From positions 22,117-81,199 of the forward strand of contig PBRC01000030.1 of NCBI GenBank assembly GCA_002725285.1: a stretch of 59,083 nucleotides of DNA, given 5' to 3'. The DNA is from Gammaproteobacteria bacterium. Its GTDB lineage: Bacteria > Pseudomonadota > Gammaproteobacteria > Pseudomonadales > Azotimanducaceae. Both the position numbers and the translations under genes were made by a program. Positions 54,623 through 59,083 of this stretch are shown here, in pieces (position 1 is the stretch's first letter; every line of letters begins with the position of its first letter). A model generated the notes under the pieces. That model did no database searches. It was not told the origin of the DNA and saw only the letters and a list, made by a program, of their open reading frames with translations.

Positions 54623-55150
54623 TTATTGGTGGGTCCGACTTGCGTCGGCGCTGCTAGCATACATTTTCGCTAGTGCCTTCATGACGATCGTGGATTGTTG
54701 CGGCGTTGCCGAGATCATTTGGTCGGGCCAGTTCTCACTGCCCAAATCCTCCAGTAGCGACAAGACATAGTTTTTGTTATCAATGGTGGTGAAATGACAG
54801 CAGGGGATGATGACACCGGGATCATTTACTTGCAGATTGAAGCAGACTTCCCTTTTTACCAGATGCTGAAGCGCTTCTGGTACAGAGGAGCCATCTGTAA
54901 ATTTGCCAACGAATGTGGTTGGCACATCCACTGTTTGCGAATATTGCACGGCAAATCGGTACAGACTACTGGTAAAGCCAACGTCTGCTGCAATCTGTTT
55001 CCAGTCGACACTTATCAGGCTGGTTTCTGGACCAATGGTATCACCACGCCTCAGGGTATCTGTTAACCAATCATTAGTGATGAATTCGGGGTTTATGGAA
55101 ATTGAGCTGGCATATTCTTGGTTTGGATAGAGGGGCTGTGAGTGCTTCAA
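54623..55150 (-). CDS. N-terminal lobe only of an APH/ecdysteroid-kinase-like phosphotransferase (probably truncated)
   Basis: NDWLTDTLRRGDTIGPETSLISVDWKQIAADVGFTSSLYRFAVQY..PTTFVGKF resembles the N-lobe of this kinase family. The ORF stops at 175 aa, right after LAKMYA, where the catalytic lobe should begin. The TTG start overlaps the upstream stop codon (TTGA). Confidence 0.4.
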   Translation of the reverse strand: MKHSQPLYPNQEYASSISINPEFITNDWLTDTLRRGDTIGPETSLISVDWKQIAADVGFTSSLYRFAVQYSQTVDVPTTFVGKFTDGSSVPEALQHLVKREVCFNLQVNDPGVIIPCCHFTTIDNKNYVLSLLEDLGSENWPDQMISATPQQSTIVMKALAKMYASSADASRTHQ

Positions 55151-56643
55151 GCAATCGCCAGACTACGCCGCAGTGATCTCCCGGACCTTGCGCCAGTATG
55201 TTCACCCTCGTTAATAACCTGTACGCCATTGACAAACAAATGATGAATCCCCTCTGGGTAATGGTTGGGGTCGGCAAACGTACCCTTGTCTACAATGGAA
55301 TTTTGATCAAACACCACCAGATCTGCAAAGGTGCCCTGGTGAAGTTCTCCTCGGTCTGTCAGGCCGAATTTCCTTGCAGAAAGTCCGGTCATTTTGTGGA
55401 TTGCCGTTTCCAGTTTAAACAAACCAAGATCACGAGAGTAGTGACCAAGAACACGTGCAAAAGACCCATAGAGCCGGGGATGTGGTTTACCTTCCAGGGT
55501 AGGTATGCCATCTGATCCGATCATTGTACTGGGATGCTGCATCACCGTCTGAACATCGTCTTCATCCATGCTGTGTAGTACAACGGTTGCACCCGGTTCT
55601 TGCGCCAGGATAGCCTCGGCCGTCTCCTGGGGGGATTGACCAAATGATGTCGCCAGCTCTGCGATGGATTGGCCTTCCCATTCCTGATGGCTTTCGGTGG
55701 AGGCCAATACAATTCCTTCGGCATCCATATCCCCCAGGCCACCACCTTCGCGATCAAGCCCGCCCTGTTGGATGGTTGCCGATAAGATGGTGCTGCCAGC
55801 AGTATAGGGATACTGATCGGCGTGCACATCAATATTACGCTGTTGGGCGTCCTCGATCAGTTTAAGCGACTCTTTAACCAGCCCCCAGCTTTTTCGGCCC
55901 GCAGCCTTATGATGTGAAATCTGAATTCCAACACCTGCAGATTGACCGATCTGAATTGCCTCCTCAAGGGATTGCAGGAGTTCCGTTCCTTCATTCCGCA
56001 TGTGGGTGGTGTACAGAGCCCCGGTGCCCTCCATAATTGAAGCGAGTTCAATCAGCTCATCAGTATCCGCGTGCCGACCCGGGTCATAGATAAGACCTGA
56101 CGACAGTCCAAGCACGCCAGCCTCAAGACCTTCCTGTAGAAGCTTTTTCATGTGCCCCATTTCATCTGCCGTGGGTGTTCGGGCTTCATTACCCATAACG
56201 GCCATTCTGATGGTGCCGTGACCAGCGAGTGCGCCGATGTTTATACTCGGGCTGTGACTGTCAATGTAGTTCAGGTAGCCGTTGTATCCAGACCAATCCG
56301 GTAGCACGGCATGAGGATGAAATGCTCGTGCCAGTAATGCTGCCTGGGGACAGGGAGCTGCTCCCATTCCACAGTTTCCGACGACACAGCTGGTGACACC
56401 ACCCATGGCTTTGAATGACATATCAGGATGGAGAATTGCGGCGAAATCATCATGAGTGTGAACATCAATAAATCCAGGGGCAACTGCCAGACCATTCAGA
56501 TCTATCTCCCTGTCACTATTGCCTGGCACAGTTCCGACGGAAGTAATTCTGTCTTTAGTGATGCCGATATCACCTTCGTAGGGAGCATTCCCCTTACCAT
56601 CAAAGATTTTTGCGTTACGAAGGACGAGTGTCTGGTGAGTCAT
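55147..56643 (-). CDS. D-aminoacylase (N-acyl-D-amino-acid deacylase) family amidohydrolase
   Basis: The N-terminus is LVLRNAKIFDG, followed by VAPGFIDVHTHDD and later ISHHKA. The length and the C-terminal beta-sandwich pattern (ADLVVFD) fit the family. Confidence 0.85.
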   Translation of the reverse strand: MTHQTLVLRNAKIFDGKGNAPYEGDIGITKDRITSVGTVPGNSDREIDLNGLAVAPGFIDVHTHDDFAAILHPDMSFKAMGGVTSCVVGNCGMGAAPCPQAALLARAFHPHAVLPDWSGYNGYLNYIDSHSPSINIGALAGHGTIRMAVMGNEARTPTADEMGHMKKLLQEGLEAGVLGLSSGLIYDPGRHADTDELIELASIMEGTGALYTTHMRNEGTELLQSLEEAIQIGQSAGVGIQISHHKAAGRKSWGLVKESLKLIEDAQQRNIDVHADQYPYTAGSTILSATIQQGGLDREGGGLGDMDAEGIVLASTESHQEWEGQSIAELATSFGQSPQETAEAILAQEPGATVVLHSMDEDDVQTVMQHPSTMIGSDGIPTLEGKPHPRLYGSFARVLGHYSRDLGLFKLETAIHKMTGLSARKFGLTDRGELHQGTFADLVVFDQNSIVDKGTFADPNHYPEGIHHLFVNGVQVINEGEHTGARSGRSLRRSLAIA

Positions 56644-56914
56644 GCCAAATTCTCTTTAAGGTCTTTTTCCATGCGCCATAGTAGTTGTCTCGATAGCGGG
56701 AGCGCAACTATGAGAATAACCAGATCTGTGATCAAAACGACGACTGGTTGTTGCACATCTGTCAATGAATGTGATCGTTCTGAAGTGATTGTTGGCTGTA
56801 AACAGGATAGCGACTCAAACAGCCCCGACGATTCAGTGGCGCTTCACTGAAAATCGTGGTTTATTCTTCCTAACGGTTTTAGCTATAGTTGCACGGAAGA
56901 AGAAGTAATAATAA

Positions 56915-57451
56915 ATGAAGCGCAGGGAGATCATCGCAGCATTGGGTGCATTTACGATTGGGATAAAACCCGTTCGAGGTGCAAAACCAGATCGGATCAA
57001 ACCACAAGTTGGTGATGTTCTGGTCCATGCCTTTGGTGAAAAGGCGGGCGTTGTGATTCAGTCTGATGATATTGAAACGGATCGTGTATTTGCTTTTCCA
57101 ATGTCACCTGAGGGCGTGGTTCGACGCGGTTCACTGCACAACCAGGTTACTTTGCTGCGACTGGATGAATCATTGATGTCCGTCAAAACAAAACGGCATG
57201 CAGCCGGGCCGATTCTCGCCGTATCCGCTGCCTGTACTCATACGGGTTGTGAAGTCAGCGGCTGGGAGCCTGAGACAAATGAACTCGTCTGCCCTTGCCA
57301 CGGATCTCGTTTTGATGTCCTCGATGCTTCCAGGGTTCTTCTGGGACCTGCTGCAAAGCCACTCGCGTTGCTGCCTATTGCGAATATCGAGGGGTCATTT
57401 CAGGTTACGGGGAAATTCTCCAGACGTGTGGGTCCTGAACCTGCCTTTTAG
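56915..57451 (+). CDS. Rieske [2Fe-2S] domain protein with a Tat-type signal
   Basis: CTHTGCEV-x15-CPCHGSRFD matches the CxH...CxxH Rieske motif. The N-terminus is MKRREIIAALGAFTIGIKPVRGA. Confidence 0.85.
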   Translation: MKRREIIAALGAFTIGIKPVRGAKPDRIKPQVGDVLVHAFGEKAGVVIQSDDIETDRVFAFPMSPEGVVRRGSLHNQVTLLRLDESLMSVKTKRHAAGPILAVSAACTHTGCEVSGWEPETNELVCPCHGSRFDVLDASRVLLGPAAKPLALLPIANIEGSFQVTGKFSRRVGPEPAF

Positions 57452-57479
57452 AACACTTATATACGATATGGGGGAACCT

Positions 57480-59083
57480 ATGAAAGTACTCTTAATCATT
57501 GCGGGCTTGTTGGCGGTTACCAGTATATTTGCTGCAGACTATTCGCCTGTCACAAGTGCAAGACTCGCAAACCCGGAACCAGAAAACTGGCTGATGTATC
57601 GGCGCACCTATGATTCGCACGGATACAGTCCACTGAAGGAGATTACCAGCCGAAATGTCAAGAAGTTAAAACCTCTATGGTCTTTTTCTACGGGTTTGCG
57701 AGAGGGTCATCAGTCGCCGCCTGTTGTAAATGGTGGTTTCATGTTTATTACCACACCGCACAACCACCTTCTGGCACTCAATGCAGAATCAGGTGAAATG
57801 CTCTGGCGATATATTCGCGAATTGCCGGAGGATCAGGTGCAGATGCATCCCACCAACCGGGGTGTTGGTTTGTATGGAGATCTGGTCTTCATGGCGACCG
57901 TAGACTGTTACGTCGTCGCACTCGATGCCACAACCGGTGAGGTTGTCTGGGAAACCGAAGTAGAAGACTATACCAACGGTTACTATATGACACTCGCACC
58001 CCTGGTGGCGGATGGTAATGTCATGGTAGGTGTTTCCGGCGGTGAGTTCGGTATTCGTGGTTTTGTCATGGCGCTGGATGCAAAGACGGGAAAACTGGCA
58101 TGGAAGACTTATACGATCCCGGCGCCGGGAGAGCCTGGCAGCAGTTCCTGGCCGGGTGATTCATGGAAAACCGGTGGTGTTCCTGTCTGGATTACCGGCT
58201 CCTATGACGTCGCAACCGGGTTAAGTTACTGGGGGACAGGTAACGGCGGTCCCTGGATGGGAGATACTCGTGGTGGCGATAATCTTTACGCCACCTCGGT
58301 GATGGCGTTGGATGTCAAAACCGGCGAGATCAGGGGACATCATCAATATCACTGGAACGATTCCTGGGACTGGGATGAAGTTTCCGCCCCGCTTCTGATT
58401 GATTTCAAGCGAGACGGAGAAACCATCAGTGGAATGATTCATCCTGCAAGAAACGGTTATCTGTGGTTTCTTGAAAGGCAAAGTAATGGCATCGGCTTCG
58501 TTGATGCGAAGCCTTATGTGAAGCAGGACGTTTTTACGTCGATTGATCCAAAGACCGGCAGACCCAGCTACGATGAGACTAAGAAACCGGGCACGGGTAA
58601 GGGGGCAACTTTTTGTCCATCCCACTGGGGTGGTAAAGATTGGCCACCTGCCGCATTCAGCCCAAAAACTCGACTGCTCTACATTCCAGCCAACGACAAT
58701 GTCTGCGCTTATATGATCGGTGAAGATGTGGAATACAGGCAAGGCCGTGAATTCATCGGGACAGACTGGCAGGCGTCAAATCTTGTATTGGCTGACGAGG
58801 CCAGCGATTATATTGGTGAGTTGCAGGCCTGGAATGTCGACACCGGTACGAAAGTCTGGAGCCGGAAATTCAAGAGTCAGAATTGGGGGCCTGTCCTCGC
58901 GACTGCAGGTAACCTGGTATTTATGGGTGGCACCAATGACCGAAAGTTCAGAGCATTTAATGCTAAGACCGGCAAGCTGCTCTGGGAGCAGCGGACCAAT
59001 TCCGGGATAACCGGCGTTCCTTCAACCTACGAAGTCGGTGGCAAGCAATATGTTGCCGTCCTGTCGGGCTGGGGGGTAGATGC
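57480..59083 (+). CDS. PQQ-dependent dehydrogenase, methanol/ethanol family (partial, runs off the window end)
   Basis: This frame is not in the supplied ORF track because no stop codon is reached. I translated it by hand: signal peptide MKVLLIIAGLLAVTSIFAA, then NWLMYRRTYDSHGYSPL, VSGGEFGIRGF, YWGTGNGGPW, HWNDSWDWDEV, CPSHWGGKDW, and VLSGWGVD at the edge. GGGGGA precedes ATG 57480. Confidence 0.85.
   Translation, partial: MKVLLIIAGLLAVTSIFAADYSPVTSARLANPEPENWLMYRRTYDSHGYSPLKEITSRNVKKLKPLWSFSTGLREGHQSPPVVNGGFMFITTPHNHLLALNAESGEMLWRYIRELPEDQVQMHPTNRGVGLYGDLVFMATVDCYVVALDATTGEVVWETEVEDYTNGYYMTLAPLVADGNVMVGVSGGEFGIRGFVMALDAKTGKLAWKTYTIPAPGEPGSSSWPGDSWKTGGVPVWITGSYDVATGLSYWGTGNGGPWMGDTRGGDNLYATSVMALDVKTGEIRGHHQYHWNDSWDWDEVSAPLLIDFKRDGETISGMIHPARNGYLWFLERQSNGIGFVDAKPYVKQDVFTSIDPKTGRPSYDETKKPGTGKGATFCPSHWGGKDWPPAAFSPKTRLLYIPANDNVCAYMIGEDVEYRQGREFIGTDWQASNLVLADEASDYIGELQAWNVDTGTKVWSRKFKSQNWGPVLATAGNLVFMGGTNDRKFRAFNAKTGKLLWEQRTNSGITGVPSTYEVGGKQYVAVLSGWGVD

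Overview
This is a densely coding 59-kb bacterial segment (proteobacterium-like, mid GC by eye) with genes on both strands. I recognised no rRNA, tRNA, CRISPR array or intact mobile element. Most genes are accessory catabolic or redox functions. They include enoyl-CoA hydratase, a fused double family-III CoA-transferase, acyl-CoA dehydrogenase, a biotin-dependent acyl-CoA carboxylase pair and KAS III. They also include three SDRs, several amide-bond hydrolases (Tat-amidase, two amidohydrolases, a penicillin-acylase-family protein), a class-III aminotransferase and an ADP-forming acyl-CoA synthetase. Transport is covered by three MFS transporters and an ABC exporter heterodimer. Housekeeping-type genes are monomeric isocitrate dehydrogenase, Mn-type SOD and glyoxalase II. 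The strongest signals are as follows. (1) A peroxiredoxin gene (41652..42119, minus) has an in-frame TGA exactly at the peroxidatic-Cys position, followed by a SECIS-like hairpin. It overlaps a CGFS glutaredoxin-like gene by 8 nt, which makes it a candidate selenocysteine peroxiredoxin module. (2) At the 3' edge, a Tat-signal Rieske [2Fe-2S] protein sits 28 nt upstream of a partial PQQ-dependent dehydrogenase. That enzyme has the lanthanide-type W-D-x-D signature but lacks the vicinal Cys-Cys. (3) Two URO-D/MtaA-like paralogues are present, one abutting a QueG/RdhA-like Fe-S protein. (4) Two radical-SAM-type proteins have non-canonical Cys spacing. (5) A carboxyltransferase carries a (GGT)8 poly-Gly insertion. 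Gene decay is frequent: an internally deleted IS6 remnant with both inverted repeats, an FtsX permease remnant, a frameshifted esterase, and truncated kinase-like and Kelch-like ORFs. All functional calls rest on motif recognition by eye. No database search was run.
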